Shown here one piece after another: positions 23,990 to 37,231 of a DNA stretch of 64,000 nt. The position numbers and the translations under genes are program-made. This DNA comes from Pristiophorus japonicus (taxonomy: Eukaryota): contig NW_027251843.1 in NCBI RefSeq assembly GCF_044704955.1, positions 62,001-126,000 of the forward strand, written 5' to 3'. A model generated the notes under the pieces. That model saw only the letters and a program-made list of their open reading frames with translations. It was not told where the DNA came from and did no database searches. Within the stretch, counting starts at the first letter, position 1. The number at the start of each line of letters is the position of its first letter.

Positions 23990-26900
23990 ATAGAGGCATG
24001 GCAGGGCAGTTCTGTCCCGTGGAAGCACATCCTGTGCCATGTGGGAAGTCCTGGACACTTCTCGTGGCCTGGACGATCACATGAGCAGGAAGTGTCACCA
24101 GCTACAGCAACTCGAGCTCCGCGTTTCGGAGATTGAGCGGCGGCTGGAGTCACTGCGGTGCATCCGCGAGGCTGAGAACTTCGTGGATAACACGTTTCTA
24201 GAGGTGGTCACCCTGCAGCTTAAGATTGTGCAGGCAGAGAGGGAATGGGTGACCACCAGACAGAAGAGGAGGTCCAGGCAGGTAGTGCAGGAGTCCCCTG
24301 AGTCCAACTCCATCGCCAACCAATATTCTGTTCTGAGTACTGGTGGGGGTGATGGTTCCTCTCGGAAGTGCAGCCAGAGCCAAGTCCACGGCACCACAGG
24401 TGGCTCAGCTGCACAGGGGGGAGGAAGAAGAATGGAAGAGCAATAGTGGTAGGGGATTCGATAGTTAGGGGAACAGACAGGCATTTCTGTGGCCACAGAT
24501 GTGACTTCAGGATGGTATGTTGCCTGCCTGGTGCCAGGGTCAAGGATGTCACTGAGTGGCTGCAGTACATTCTGAGGGGGGAGGGTGAACAGCCAATGCT
24601 TGTGGTCCATATTGGTACCAATGACATAGGCAGCAAGAGGGATGAGATCCTACAGGCAGAGATTAGGGAGCAAGGAGACAGATAAAAAAGCAAGACCTCA
24701 AAGGTCGTAATCTCCGTATTACTGCCGGTGCCACGTGCTAGTTGTTATATATGTGGACTTGTATTTACTCTGTACAGCCTCCAGAGGGCTGATCCCCTGG
24801 AGTCCCAAGGGATCCCATAATCCCTTGGGAGCACAGGTATTTAAGGAGGCTTCACAGGTTGGGGAGGCACTCTGGAGACCTGCAATAAAAGACCAATGTC
24901 ACACTTTATTTTGAGCTCACACCAGAGACTACAGAAATAGAAGCACAGAGCAGATGAATACGTGGCTGGAGAGATGGTGCAGGAGGGAGGGCTTTAGTTT
25001 GCTGAGGCATTGGGACCATTTCTGGGTGAGGTGGGACCTGTACAAGATGGATGGGTTGCACCTCAACAGAGCCGGGACCAATATCCTTGTGGGGGGTGTT
25101 GTTATTGCTTTTGGGGACGGTTGAAACTGGCTTGGCAGGATGATGGGAACCTGAGAATGGATTCAGTGGGGAGAGAAGCAAAGCTGGAATTCGAAAGCAG
25201 AACAACAGAAAGTGATTTTGGAAGACAGAGGAAACAAAGCCTAAAAATTAGACAACAAGGCAGTTTGGCAGTGCTAAATGGTATATACTTCAATGCATGG
25301 AGTATAGGGAATAAGGCAGATGAGCTGAGAGCACAGATAGACATTTGGGAGTACGATATTATAGCTATTACTGAGACATGGCTGAAAGAAGGACAGGTAT
25401 AGCAGCTCAACATTCCTGGTTACAGGGTTTTCAGACGGGATAGAGAGGGTAAAAAAGGAGGGGGTCGCAATTCTGAAACAATTGAAAGAAACAATTACAG
25501 CTGTGAGGAGGGATGATATGTCGGAAGGATCATCAAATGAGGCCATATAGGTCGAATTGAAGAACGAAAAAGGGGTAATCACACTGCTGGGAGTGTACTA
25601 TAGACCCCCAAACAGTCAGAGGGAGAGAGAAGAGCAAATATGTAGGCACATTTGTGAAAAGTGCAAAAACTATAGGGCAGTAATAGTAGGGGATTTCAAC
25701 TACCCGAATATTAACTGGGATAAAATTAGTGTGAAAGGTATAGAGGGTGCGGAATTCCTAAAATGCATTCAGGAGAACTTTTTTAGCCAGTATGTAACAA
25801 GCCCAACAAGGGAGGGGACGGTTCTGGACTTGGTTTTGGGGAATGAAGAGGGGCAGGTGGAAGGGGTATCAGTGGGAGATTATTTTGGTGCCAGTGATCA
25901 TAATTCAGTTAGATTTAGTGTAGTTATGGAAAAGCACAAAGATAGACCAGAAATAAAAGTTCTCAATTGGGGAAAAGCCAATTTTGCTGAGCTGAGATGA
26001 GATTTGGCCAAAGTGGACTGGAAACGGCTACTTGAAGGTAAATCAGTGTCAGAGCAGTGGGAGGCATTCAAGGAGGAAATCCTGTGGTTTCAGAGTAAGT
26101 CTGTTCCCTTAAAGAAAAAGGGTGGGGCTAATAAATCTAGCGGCCCTGAATGTCAAGTGAAATACAGTGTAGGATAAAGTAAAAAAGGGAGGCTTATGAC
26201 AGATACCGAGGGCTCAATACTGCAGGAACTTTAGAGGGGTATAGAAAGTGCAGGGGTGCAATTAAAAAGGAAATTAGGAAAGCAAAGAGAGAGCATGAAA
26301 ACATTTTGGCAAGTAAAATCAAGGGAAACCCGAAGATGTTTTATAAATACATAAAGAGCAGGAGGATAATTAAAGATAGAGTAGGGCCTATTAGAGACTA
26401 TAAAGGTAATCTGTGTGTGGAGGCAGAAGATGTGGATATGGTTCTTAATGGATACTTTGCATCTGTTTTCACAAAAGAGAGGGGCAATGCAGACATTGTA
26501 ATCAGGGAGGAGGTGTGTGAAATATTAGATGAAATAAACATAGTGAGAGAGGAAGTATTAACGGGCTTAGCAGCTTTGAAAGTGGATAAATCCCCAGGCC
26601 GGATTAAATGTATCTCAGGCTGTTAAGAGAAGCAAAAGAGAAAATAGCAGAGGGTCTGACCATCATTTTCCAATCCTCTCTGGCTACAGGTGTGGTGCCG
26701 GAGGACTGGAGGACTGCTAATGTTGTACCTTTGTTTAAAAAGGGAGAAAGGGATAGACCGAGTAATTACAGGTCAGTCAGCCTAACCTCAGTGGTGGGAA
26801 AATTATTGATGAAAATCCTGAGAGACTGGATAAATCTTCATTTAGATAGACGGATTAATCAAGAACAGTCAGCATGGATTTGTTAAGGGAAGATCGTGTC

Positions 26901-27490
26901 TGACTAACTTAATTGAATTAATCGAGGAAGTAATAAGGAGGGTCGATGAGGTTACTGCGTTTGATGCAGTGTATATGGATTTTAGCAAGACTTTCAATAA
27001 GGTGACACATTGCAGTCTGGTCACGAAAGTACAAGCCCATGGGATGCAGGGAAAAGTGGAAAGTTGGCTCAGAGGCAGGAAGCAAAGGGTAATGTTTGAT
27101 GGGTGTTTTGTGACTGAAGGCTGTTTCCAGTGAGGTTCCGCAGGGCTCAGTACTAGGTCCCTTACTTTTTGTGGTATATATCGATGATTTAAACTTGAAT
27201 GTAGGGGGTATGATTAAGAAGTTTGCAGAAGATACAAAAATTGGCTGTGCGATTGATAGTGAGGAAGAAAGCTGTAGACTGCAGCAAGATATCAGTGGAC
27301 TGGTCAGGTGGGCAGAACAGTGGCAAATGGAATTCAATCCGGAGAACTGTGAGGTAATGCATTTGGAGAGGTCTAACAAGGCAAGAGAATACACATTAAA
27401 TGGTAGGACACTGAGAGGTGTAGACAAACAAAGGGACCTTGGTATGCATGTCCACAGATCCCTGAAGGTAGCAGGCCAGGTAGATGGGTT
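23990..27490 (+). mobile_element. CR1 LINE, long copy with ORF1 (zinc finger/esterase) and ORF2 (APE endonuclease + RT), decayed
   Basis: GDSIVRG esterase motif, YFNAWSI..ITETWL, GVYYRPP, GDFN, SDH, VPQGSVLGP, YIDD. Confidence 0.92.
24743..24921 (+). repeat. Short Gypsy-type solo LTR fragment inserted in the CR1
   Basis: Starts TGTTATAT and contains AATAAA. CR1 sequence resumes afterwards. The 3' CA end is not clear. Confidence 0.6.
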
Positions 27491-27914
27491 TTTACGACAA
27501 TCCGTCAGTTTCATGGTCACCATTACTGATACTAGCTTTTTATTCCAGATTTATTTGATTAACTGAGTTTAAATTCCCCAGCTGTCGTGGTGGGATTTGA
27601 ACTCGTGTCTCTGGATCATTTATCCAGGCCATAGTAGTCCACAGCTCTTTCAAAGAGCCAGCACAGGTTTGATGGGCCGAATGGCCTCCCTCTGTGCTGT
27701 GAGATGCTGTGATTAAGGAGCACGGCTCCAGCTAGCGTATGTGGGTTCAAGGGTTGAAAGCAGGGATTTGGGTGGAGCCCATATAGATGTACCACAAGGG
27801 GGCGCTACAGCATCGATTGATCCAATTATTGGCAGCGGGGAAACCGGGGATGGAAATAGTTTCAATAAAATGTATGCTGCGACTTTTAAAGTGGTCACCA
27901 CCACCAGCACGATC

Positions 27915-28705
27915 ATAGAATCACAGAAAATTACAGCACTGAAGGAGGCCATTTCGGCCCATCATGTTCGCGCCGGCCAACAAAGAGCTATCCAGTCTCA
28001 TCCCACTTTCCAGCTGTGGGTCCGTAGCCCTGTGGGTTACGGCACTTTAAGTGCACATCCAAGTACTTTTTAAATGTGGTGAGGGTTTCTGCCTCTACCA
28101 CCCTTTCAGGCAGTAAGTTCCAGACCCCCACCACCCTCTGGGTGAAGAATTGTTTCCTCATCTCCCCTCTAAACCTTCCACCAATTACTTTACATCTATG
28201 CCCCCTGGTTGTTGACCCCTCTGCTAAGGGAAATGGGTCTAGTCTATCAACTCTATCTCGGCCCCTCATCATTTTATACACATCAATAGGGTCTCCCCTC
28301 AGCCTCCTCTGTTCCAAGGAAAACACCCCCAGCAGATCCAATCTTTCCTCATAACTAAAATTCTTCAGTCCCGGCAACATCCTCGTGAATCTCCTCTGTA
28401 CCCTCTCTCGTGCAATTACATCTTTCCTGTCATGTGGTGACCAGAACTGCACGCAGTACTCTAAATGTGGTCTAACTAGTACTTTCTACAGTTCAAGCAT
28501 AACCTCCCTGCTCTTGTACTCTATGCTTCGGATAATAAAGGCAAGTATTCTGAGTGCCTTTTTAAGCACCTTATCGACCTGGCCTGCTACCTTCAGGGAT
28601 CTGTGGACATGCACTCCAAGGTCCCTCCATTCCTCCACCCCTCTCAGTACCCTCCCATTTATTGTGTATTCCCTTGCCTTTTTGCCCCTCCCCAAATGCA
28701 TTAGA
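27915..28705 (-). mobile_element. CR1 LINE 3' fragment
   Basis: VQFWSP, RRLRGD and WNLLP motifs plus the CR1 3' tail. Confidence 0.88.
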
Positions 28706-28994
28706 ACAAGGCTGCAGTTAGAGCAGCCTTTCCACCCGCTGACAGCACTCACTGAGTCTGACTCATGGCATCGATCAGCTGGACATTGATCTGGAAACAC
28801 CAGCCCCCTGGTGAGGGAATCAAGGCTCTGATGCGACTGATAAAAGTCAAGATGAGGTTGCGGAGAGGTACACAGCTGCTGCTGGACACAATGAACAGGA
28901 GGAGACCATTCAGCCCCTCGAGCCTGTTCCCCCATTCAATCAGATCATGGCTCATCTGTATCTGAACTCCATCTACCCGCCTTGGTTCCGCAAG

Positions 28995-29400
28995 TTCCAA
29001 GGCCTATACTCTCTAGAGTTTAAAAGAATGAGAGGTGATCTCATTGAAACATACAAAGTTCTGACAGGGCTTGACAGGGTAGATGCAGGGCAGATATTTC
29101 CTCTGGCTGGGGAGTCTAGAACCAGAGGTCACAGTCTCAGGATGAGGGGTCGGACATTTAGGACTGAGATGTGGAGAAACTTCTTCACTCAGAGGGTGGT
29201 GAATCTTTGGAATTTTCTGCCCCATAGGGCTGTGGAGGTTCAATCTTTGAGTATATTCAAGACGGAGATCGATAGATTTTTGAATATTAAGGGAATCGAG
29301 GGATATGGGGACAGTGCAGGAAAGTGGAGTTGAGTTAGAAGATCAGCCATGATCTCATTGAATGGCGGAGCAGGCTCGAGCGGCAAAATGGCCTACTCTG
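28995..29400 (+). mobile_element. CR1 LINE 3' end
   Basis: LYSLEFKRMRGDLIETYK...NFFTQRVVNLWN. Confidence 0.88.
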
Positions 29401-29629
29401 GCTCCAGAGGAGCGGAGGGAATGGGAGGGGTCAGGAGGTGTGTGTGAGGTAGGGGGGCAGAAAGGTGGGGAGCGAGTTTGGGGTGAGGGATTAGGGGGGT
29501 TGGGATGGGGGAGGAATGTGGTGTCAGGAGGGTGGGAGTGAGGGAGGGCTAGGGAGGGAGGTGGGGGAGCGACTTTTGTGGGTGGAGGGAGAATGGCTCG
29601 GTGTGGGGAGGGGAAGGTAGAGACTGACA

Positions 29630-30050
29630 TCGGCTTCCGGTTAAGCAACACCTCTTTTTTAAAAATTCTCATCCTTGTTTTCAAATCCCTCCATGGCCCG
29701 TCCCTCCCTATCTCTGTAATCTCCTCCAGCCCCACAACCCCCCGAGATGTCTGTGCTCCTCCAATTCTGCCCTCCTGAGCATCCCTGATTGTAATCGCTC
29801 AACCATTGGTGGCCGTGCCTTCTGTTACCGAGACCCCAAGCTCTGGAACTCCCTCCCTAAACCTCTCTGCCTATCTAACTCTCTTTCCTCCTTCAAGACG
29901 CTCCTTAAAACATACCTCTTTGGTCACCGTCACTAATTTCTTCTTATGTGACTCGGTGTCAAATTTTGTATCTCATAATACTCCTGGGAAGTGCCTTGGG
30001 ACGTTTCACTACGTTAAAGGCGCTATATAAATACAGGTTGCTGTTGTTGA
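29630..30050 (+). mobile_element. L2-like LINE 3' end
   Basis: FKILILVFKSLHG..P.YL and LWNSLP-type coding remnant, with a tail ending GGCGCTATATAAAT. Confidence 0.65.
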
Positions 30051-30629
30051 ATTGAGGCAAAATCTGGTATTCTGGATGTCGCCGCTCCTTTTAACGCTCT
30101 CTCCAAAGCACGCACAGCAAATGTAACGCCCTTATTGAAAAAAGGAGGCAGACAGAAAGCAGGAAACTATAGACCAGTTAGTCTAACATCTGTGGTTGGG
30201 AAAATGCTGGAGTCCATTATTAAGGAAGCAGTAGCTGGACATTTGGAAAAGCGTAGTTCAATCAAGCAGAGTCAGCATGACTTTATGAAAGGGAAATCAT
30301 GTTTGACAAATTTGCTGGAATTCTTTGAGGATGTAACAAGCAAAGTGGATAAAGGGGAACCAGTGGATGCAGTGTATTTGGATTTCCAGAAGACATTCGA
30401 TAAGGTGCCACATAAAAGGCACAAGATAAAAGTTCATGGGGTTGGGGGTAATATATTAGCATGGATAGAGGATTGACTAACTAACAGAAAACAGATTCAG
30501 TATAAATGGGTAATTTTCTCGTTGGCAAACAGTAACTAGTGAGGTGCCACAGGGATTGGTGCTGGGGCCTCAATTATTTACAATCTCTATTAATGACGAA
30601 GGGACTGAGTGTAAAGTAGCCAAGTTTGC

Positions 30630-31140
30630 TGGGAGGACAGACGCACCAACATTAGTGTCCTCGACCAGGTCAACATTCTCAGCATTGAAGCACTGACCAC
30701 ACTTGATCAGCTCCGCTGGGCAGGCCACATTGTCCACATGCCAGACACGAGACTCCCAAAGCAAGTGCTCTACTCGGAGGTCCTTCACCGCAATCGAGCC
30801 AAAGGTGGGCAGAGGAACGTTACAAGGACACCCGCAAATCCTTCCTGATAAAGTGCAACATCCCCACTGACATCTGGGAGTCCCTGGTCAAAGACCCTAA
30901 GTGGAGGAAGTGTATCCGGCAAGGTGCTGAGCACCTCGAGTCACATCGCCGAGAGCAAGCAGAAAACAAGCACAGGCAGCAGAAGGAACGTGCAGCAAAC
31001 CTGTCCCATACCCTCAATGACTATCTGTCTCAGCTGTGGCAGGGACTGTGGTTCTCGTATTGGACTGTTCAACCAACGAAGGACTCATTCTGAGAGTGGA
31101 AGCAAGTCTTCCTCGATTCCAAGGGACTGCCTCTGATGAT
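30630..31140 (+). mobile_element. RTE-clade LINE 3' end inserted in a CR1 fragment (30115-31260)
   Basis: LRWAGHIVHMPDTRLPKQVLYSE..GGQR..YKD motif, C-terminal CxxC..H, TGATGATG tail. Confidence 0.8.
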
Positions 31141-31337
31141 GGGTGGGAAAGTAAATTGTGAGGAGGACACAAAAAATCTGCAAATGGATATAGACAGGCT
31201 AAGTGAGTGGGCAAAATGTTGGCAGATGGAGTATAATGTGGGAAAATGTGAGGTTATCACGCCCCCTGATCCCCCCTCCACCTACCCTACTGACCCCCGA
31301 GCCCCCCCAGGAGCTGGAGCATCCTCAGGCTGCCATG

Positions 31338-31390
31338 ACAGTCACATACACACACACACACACACACCTACAGACAGTGCTGGCTAACAG

Positions 31391-31431
<41 letters not shown>

Positions 31432-33890
31432 CAGACAGTGTTGGGTAACAGTCACACACACATACACACACACAACCTACAAACAGTGCTGGGTAACAGT
31501 CACACACACACACACACCTACAGACAGTGCTGGGTAACAGTCACACACACACACACACCTACAGACAGTGCTGGCTAACAGTCACACACACACACACCTA
31601 CAGACAGTGCTGGGTAACAGTCACACACATACACACACACAACCTACAAACAGTGCTGGCTAACAGTCACACACACACACAACCTACAAACAGTGCTGGC
31701 TAACAGTCACACACACACACACCTACAGACAGTGTTGGGTAACAGTCACACACACATACACACACACAACCTACAAACAGTGCTGGGTAACAGTCACACA
31801 CACACACACACCTACAGACAGTGCTGGGTAACAGTCACACACACACCTACAGACAGTGCTGGCTAACAGTCACACACACACACACCTGCAGACAGTGCTG
31901 GGTAACAGTCACACACACATACACACACACAACCTACAAACAGTGCTGGGTAACAGTCACACACACACACACACACACACACCTACAGACAGTGTTGGGT
32001 AACAGTCACACACACATACACACACACAACCTACAAACAGTGCTGGGTAACAATCACACACACATCTACAGACAGTGCTGGGTAACAGTCACAGACATAC
32101 ACACACACACACAACCTTCAGACAGTGCTGGCTAACAGTCACACACACACACAACCTACAAACAATGCTGGGTAACAGTCACACACACACACACCTACAG
32201 ACAGTGCTGGCTAACAGTCACACACACACACACACCTACAGACAGTGTTGGGTAACAGTCACACACACACATACACACACAACCTACAAACAGTGCTGGG
32301 TAACAGTCACACACACACCTACAAACAGTGCTGGGTAACAGTCACACACACACCTACAGACAGTGCTGGGTAACAGTCACACACATATACACACACACAC
32401 AACCTTCAGACAGTGCTGGGTAACAGGCAGACACACACAAACACCTACTTAAGATGAAATAGCAGCGCATTTGGAAATCAGTGACAAGATCAGTCCAAGT
32501 CAGCATGGATTTATGAAAGGGAAATCAAGCTTGACAAATTTTCTGGAATGTTTGAGGATGTAACGAGTAGAGTGGACAAAGGGGAACCTGTGGATGTGGT
32601 GTATTTGGACTTTCAAAAGACTTTTGACAAGGTCCTACACAAGAGATTGGTGTGCAAAATTAAAGCACGTGGTAATGTGGTGATATACTGACGTGGAGAG
32701 AGAACTTGTTGGCAGACAGGAAGCAGAGAGTCGGGATAAACGGGTCCTTTTCAGAATGGCAGGCAGGGGTGCCGCAGGGCTCAGTGCTGGGACCCCAGCT
32801 ATTTACAATATATATTAATGATTTAGATGAAGGAATTGAGTGTAATATCTCCAAGTTTGCAGATGACACTAAACTGGGTGGCGGTGTGAGCTGTGAGGAG
32901 GATGCTAAGAGGTTGCAGGGTGACTTGGACAGGTTAGTTGAGTGGGCAAATGCATGGCAGAGGCAGTATAATGTGGATAAATGTGAGGTTATCCACTTTG
33001 GTGCCAAAAACAGGAAGGCAGTATATTATCTGAATGGCGGCAGATTAGGAAAAGTGGAGGTGCAACGAGACCTGGATGTCATGGTATTACAGTCATTGAA
33101 GGTTAGCAAGCAGGTACAGCAGGCGGTGAAGAAGGCAAATGGCATGTTGGCCTTCAGAGCTAGGGGATTTGAGTACAGGAGCAGGGAGGTCTTACTGCAG
33201 TTGTACAGAGCCTTGGTGAGACCTCAGCTGCAATATTGTGTTGAGTTTTGTTCTCCTAATCTGAGGAAAGATGTTCTTGCTATTGAGGGAGTGCAGCGAA
33301 GGCTCACAAGACTGATTCCCGGGATGGCAGGACTGACATATGAGGAGCGATTGGATCAACTGGGCCTGTATTCACTGGAGTTAATAAGAATGAGACGGGA
33401 TCTCATAGAAACATATAAAATTCTGACAGGACTGGACAGGTTAGATGCAGGAAGAATGTTCCCGATGTTGGGGAAGTCCAGAACCAGGGGTCACAGTCTA
33501 AGGATAAGGGGTAAGCCATTTAGGACAGAGATGAGGAGAATCTTCTTCACTCAGAGAGTTGTGAGCAAATGGAATTCTCTTCCACAGAGAGTTGTTGAGG
33601 CTAGTTTGTTAGATATATTCAAGAGGGAGTTAGATATGACTCTTACGGCTAAAGGGATCAAGGGATATGGAGAGAAAGCAGGAAAGGGGTACTGAGGGAA
33701 TGATCAGCCATGATCTTATTGAATGGTGGTGTAGACGCGAAGGGTCGAATGGCCTTCTCCTGCAGCTATTTTCTGCATTTCTATGTTTCTACAGGCGGTG
33801 CTGGGTAACAGTTACACACACACACACACATCTACAGGCGGTGCTGGGTAACACTCACACACACACACACACACCTACAGGCGGTGCTAG
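31338..33890. repeat. CA-rich compound minisatellite (ACCTACAGACAGTGCTGGGTAACAGT(CA)n), interrupted by a CR1 at 32450-33790
   Basis: About 25 visible units at 31338-32447 and ~3 more at 33790-33890. Confidence 0.92.
32450..33790 (+). mobile_element. CR1 LINE RT and 3' end
   Basis: ORF 32706-33695 has GVPQGSVLGP, YINDL and FADD. Confidence 0.93.
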
Positions 33891-34677
33891 GTAAGCCACA
33901 CTAACACTCAGGGACATGTACACGGTGATACACTGACTGCTCCTCTCCCTAAGCTGAGGCCTCACTCGGTACAGTTTTGTGCTGCTGCCACGAGCCACAC
34001 GTTAAGGAGAGAGAATGCAACGTTGTGACTGTGGCCTCCTGTCCCCAGATTGCTCCCAGCAGTCAGCACACAGAGTGCACAGTGCGATCCCACCATCGGG
34101 AGCTGTCCCAACACCCCCAGTGTGCAGAGTGAGAGCCAATGCTCAGACTGGGAGGGTTTAATCCCAGCAGCTTTCAGTGTCTCTGTGTTTAATCTTGTGC
34201 ACTCCAGGGGCTCGAGGTAAAATTGATCATTTTAAAATGATTGATAATTGGCTTTGAATCAAATCTCCTGCTGACGTGCCATTGATTGACAGCCCGCCCA
34301 GCCAATCAGGACAGACACTTACTGAAATGCAGCCAATCCAGCTGAGGGGGAGGTGGGACATTTCCAAAGCACTCGCCAGACACAGACTGAATATTCTTCA
34401 CGTTTATTGCCTTTTACAGATTCACATTTACAGAAACAAGACTTGAATAAACAGCCCAGCGAGAGCGAGCTGGAGACATTCACAGGGAGAATGCAGCTTT
34501 ATTAAAACAGTTGTGAGGATTTTCTCCACACCGTGAGAATCCTGTCCCTTTAAACGGGGACAAAACCTTGAATTGAAACAGCAGGGTGAGCAGGGAGGGG
34601 ATCTGCTTACTGAAGCGGCACTTCACAGTTTAACATCAGTTTTACTCTGCTGACAGTCTTCAGCATCTTCGAGAGGT

Positions 34678-34683
34678 TTTATT
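34678..34683 (-). terminator. Candidate polyadenylation signal for the light chain (alternatives at 34498-34503 and 34403-34408)
   Basis: AATAAA on the - strand ~320 nt after the C stop codon. Confidence 0.45.
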
Positions 34684-34698
34684 TGGCAGCACGAGTCA

Positions 34699-34840
34699 AC
34701 ACTGTCCCATCAAACCCTCCCAGGGCAGGTACAGCACGGGTTAGATACAGAGTAAAGCTCCCTCTACACTGTCCCATCAAACACTCCCAGGGCAGGTACA
34801 GCACGGGTTGGATACAGAGTAAAGCTCCCTCGACACTGCC
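34699..34840. repeat. ~67-bp tandem repeat (2 copies) downstream of the C exon
   Basis: ACACTGTCCCATCAAAC(A/C)CTCCCAGGGCAGGTACAGCACGGGTT(A/G)GATACAGAGTAAAGCTCCCTC occurs twice. Confidence 0.85.
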
Positions 34841-35000
34841 CCAATAACGTGCCTTATCCCCTGACCCTCAGATGCTTTCTCTGACCCGGTCCCGAGAAGG
34901 AAGAGAGTAGAAATGCAGTGCTGACAATGACCTTTGGCCTCCCGGCTCACCCCCTGTTCTATTTAAAGTTGTGTCTCCCCCGCGGACTGTCCCTGACACA

Positions 35001-35329
35001 CTACGCACATTCTGCTCTCCTGACCCCCTTGCTGAGGGGAGAGGAGAGGCTCTCGTGGGTGAGGCTGCAGGAGAAGCTGGCGTTGGACTCCCAGTCGGAG
35101 CCAGAGAGGGTCAGCAGGCTGCTGACACTGTAGGTGTTGTCCGAAGCTCGCAGGTAGTCGCTGGTCTGGACCCCGGCCGAAATGGTCGCCCCGTCCTTCT
35201 TCCACTCCACCTCCACCGCATCGGGGTAGAAGTGATCGGCGAGGCACACCAGGGTGGCAGTGCCCTTGGTCGTGACCTCCTCCGGGGAGGGGGGCAGCAG
35301 GGTCAGCGTGGGTGTTGTCTTCCCTCGTT
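35001..35329 (-). CDS. IGKC-like: Immunoglobulin light-chain constant exon, shark kappa/NS4 (type III)-like, intact
   Basis: Acceptor ctccctttcag, phase 1. Translates (K)RGKTTPTLTLLPPSPEEVTTKGTATLVCLADHFYPDAVEVEWKKDG...YSVSSLLTLSGSDWESNASFSCSLTHESLSSPLSKGVRRAECA*, with the C1-set cysteines, Trp and the penultimate interchain Cys. Confidence 0.96.
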
Positions 35330-35582
35330 CTGAAAGGGAGGAGAATGATGTTTAATAGGTGTATATTAGTATGTGTATGCGTGTGTGTGTGTGTGTGTCA
35401 CTGTGGGTGTTTCCGTGTGGGGATAATTCACATCTGATAACGGAGACCTGGGTTAATGAACTCCTGGCTGGTGATTAACCATTAGAGGTGAGCAACACTA
35501 ATTCTTAATCTTCTTTGCCTCGCTTGATACGTTTAATCTAAATATAAATGCGTTTGATGTTAAGGTGATTAAAAAAAAAGAT

Positions 35583-36035
35583 AGGCTTGCATTTATATAG
35601 CGCCCTTCACAACCACCGGACATCTCAAACGCTTTACAGCCAATGAAGTACTTTTCGAGTGTAGTCACTGTTGTAATGTGAGAAACACAGCAGCCAATCT
35701 GCGCACAACAAGCTCCCACAAACAGCGATGTGATAATGACCTGATAATCTTTTCTTTTGTCATATTTGTTGAGGGTTAAATATCAACCAGGACACCGGGG
35801 AGAACTCCCCTGCTCTTCTTCGAAATAGTGGCATGTGATCTTTTACATCCACCTCAGAGAGCAGACGGGGCCTCGGTTTAACGTCTCATCTGAAAGACAG
35901 GACCTCCGACAGTGCAGTGTCCCCTCAGCACTGCACTGGAATGTCAGCCTAGATTTTTGTGCTCAAGTCCCTGGAGTGGGATTTGAACCCACAACCATCT
36001 GACTCAGAGGCGAGAGTGCAACACACTGAGCCACG
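35583..36035 (-). mobile_element. tRNA-derived SINE (SacSINE1/Deu-like), near full length
   Basis: A-box- and B-box-like head (GGCTCAGTG..GGTTCAAATCC). Tail GGCGCTATATAAATGCAAG shared with copies at 40593-40870, 41975-42170 and 49930-50095. Confidence 0.8.
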
Positions 36036-36591
36036 GCAGATACTCAAAATCATATTGGACTATTGTGTAAACATCTGCAGTGCAGGGTTGGCACACATTC
36101 AGCACTGAAATGGTTAACAGTAAGAGTCAGTAAAGACTGAGTGTCCCGTTAAGACGCTGTTCACTGGCAGGAAGCTCGAACTGTGGATGGGTGGATACAG
36201 GGGAAACAGGCTCAGCAGTGAGAAAGCTCAGATCACACACAGATCGGGAGAACTTTATCCGGGAACATTGCGGCACACTTGTATAAACACACTTCAGCAA
36301 GGCTTCATGTTGGGGGTCGGTGTAGAAGCTTCTAGATTGCATTTAAAAGCTTGCTGCCTAGCACTGCGGTGAGGTCAAGGGTGAGGCTACAATTAGCCTC
36401 AATGTTCCGGGGTCAGGCAGGGTCACTGCTCCCAATGATCCCATGACCTCCTGGAAGGTCAGAGTGCGCGGACAATGGGCGAGGGTCAGGATCAGGGCCC
36501 TCCCACTTCAATGAAAGAAAGCCTTTGAATTTATATAGCGCCTTTCGCAACCTCAGGATGTCCCAAGGTGCTTTATAACCAATTGCACACA

Positions 36592-37070
36592 GGAAGATTT
36601 ACGAGGATGTTGCCTGGACTGGAAAATTTGAGCCATGAGGAAAGATTGGATAGGCTGGGTTTCTTTTCTTTGGAACAGAGGAGGCTGAGGGGAGACCTTA
36701 TTGAGGTGTATAAACTTATGAGGGGCCTAGATAGAGCGGATATGAAGGATCTATTTCCATTAGCAGAGGGGTCAACAACCAAGGCATAGATTTAAAGTAA
36801 TTGGTGGGAGGTTTAGAGGGGATTTGAGGGGACATGTCTTCACCCAGAGCGTGGTGGGGGTCTGGAACTCACTGCCTGAAAGGGTGGTAGAGGCAGAAAC
36901 CCTCACCACATTTAAAAAGTACTTGGATATGCACGTAAAGTGCCGTAACCCACAGGGCTATGGACCAAGAGCTGGAAAGTGGGATTAGGCTGGATAGATC
37001 TTTGTCGGCCGGTGTGGACACGATGGGCCGAATGGCCTCCTTTCATGCTGTAAATTTATCTGATTCTATG
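36592..37070 (+). mobile_element. CR1 3' fragment inserted in a SINE
   Basis: RRLRGDLIEVYK plus CR1 tail. SINE sequence flanks both sides. Confidence 0.85.
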
Positions 37071-37231
37071 AAGCTCCCAGACTGCAATAAGATCATGATC
37101 AGATCATCGGTTTTAACTATGTTGGTTGTGGGATAAATATTGCCCTTCCAATAGTGATTATGAGATCTTTCATGTCCACCTGAGAGGGCAGACGGGACTT
37201 CGGTTTAACGTCTCATCTGAAAGACGGCAAC

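Noticed and set aside
31338-32447. Repeat-spacer pattern resembling a CRISPR array, and His/Thr-rich ORFs
   Set aside because: The spacers are just (CA)n tracts, the context is eukaryotic, and there are no cas genes.
34078-34120. CACAGTG heptamer as a possible RSS (also at 44202)
   Set aside because: No ACAAAAACC-like nonamer at 12- or 23-bp spacing, and no adjacent V or J segment.
35975-36035. tRNA-like A and B boxes
   Set aside because: This is the head of a tRNA-derived SINE, not a complete tRNA gene.
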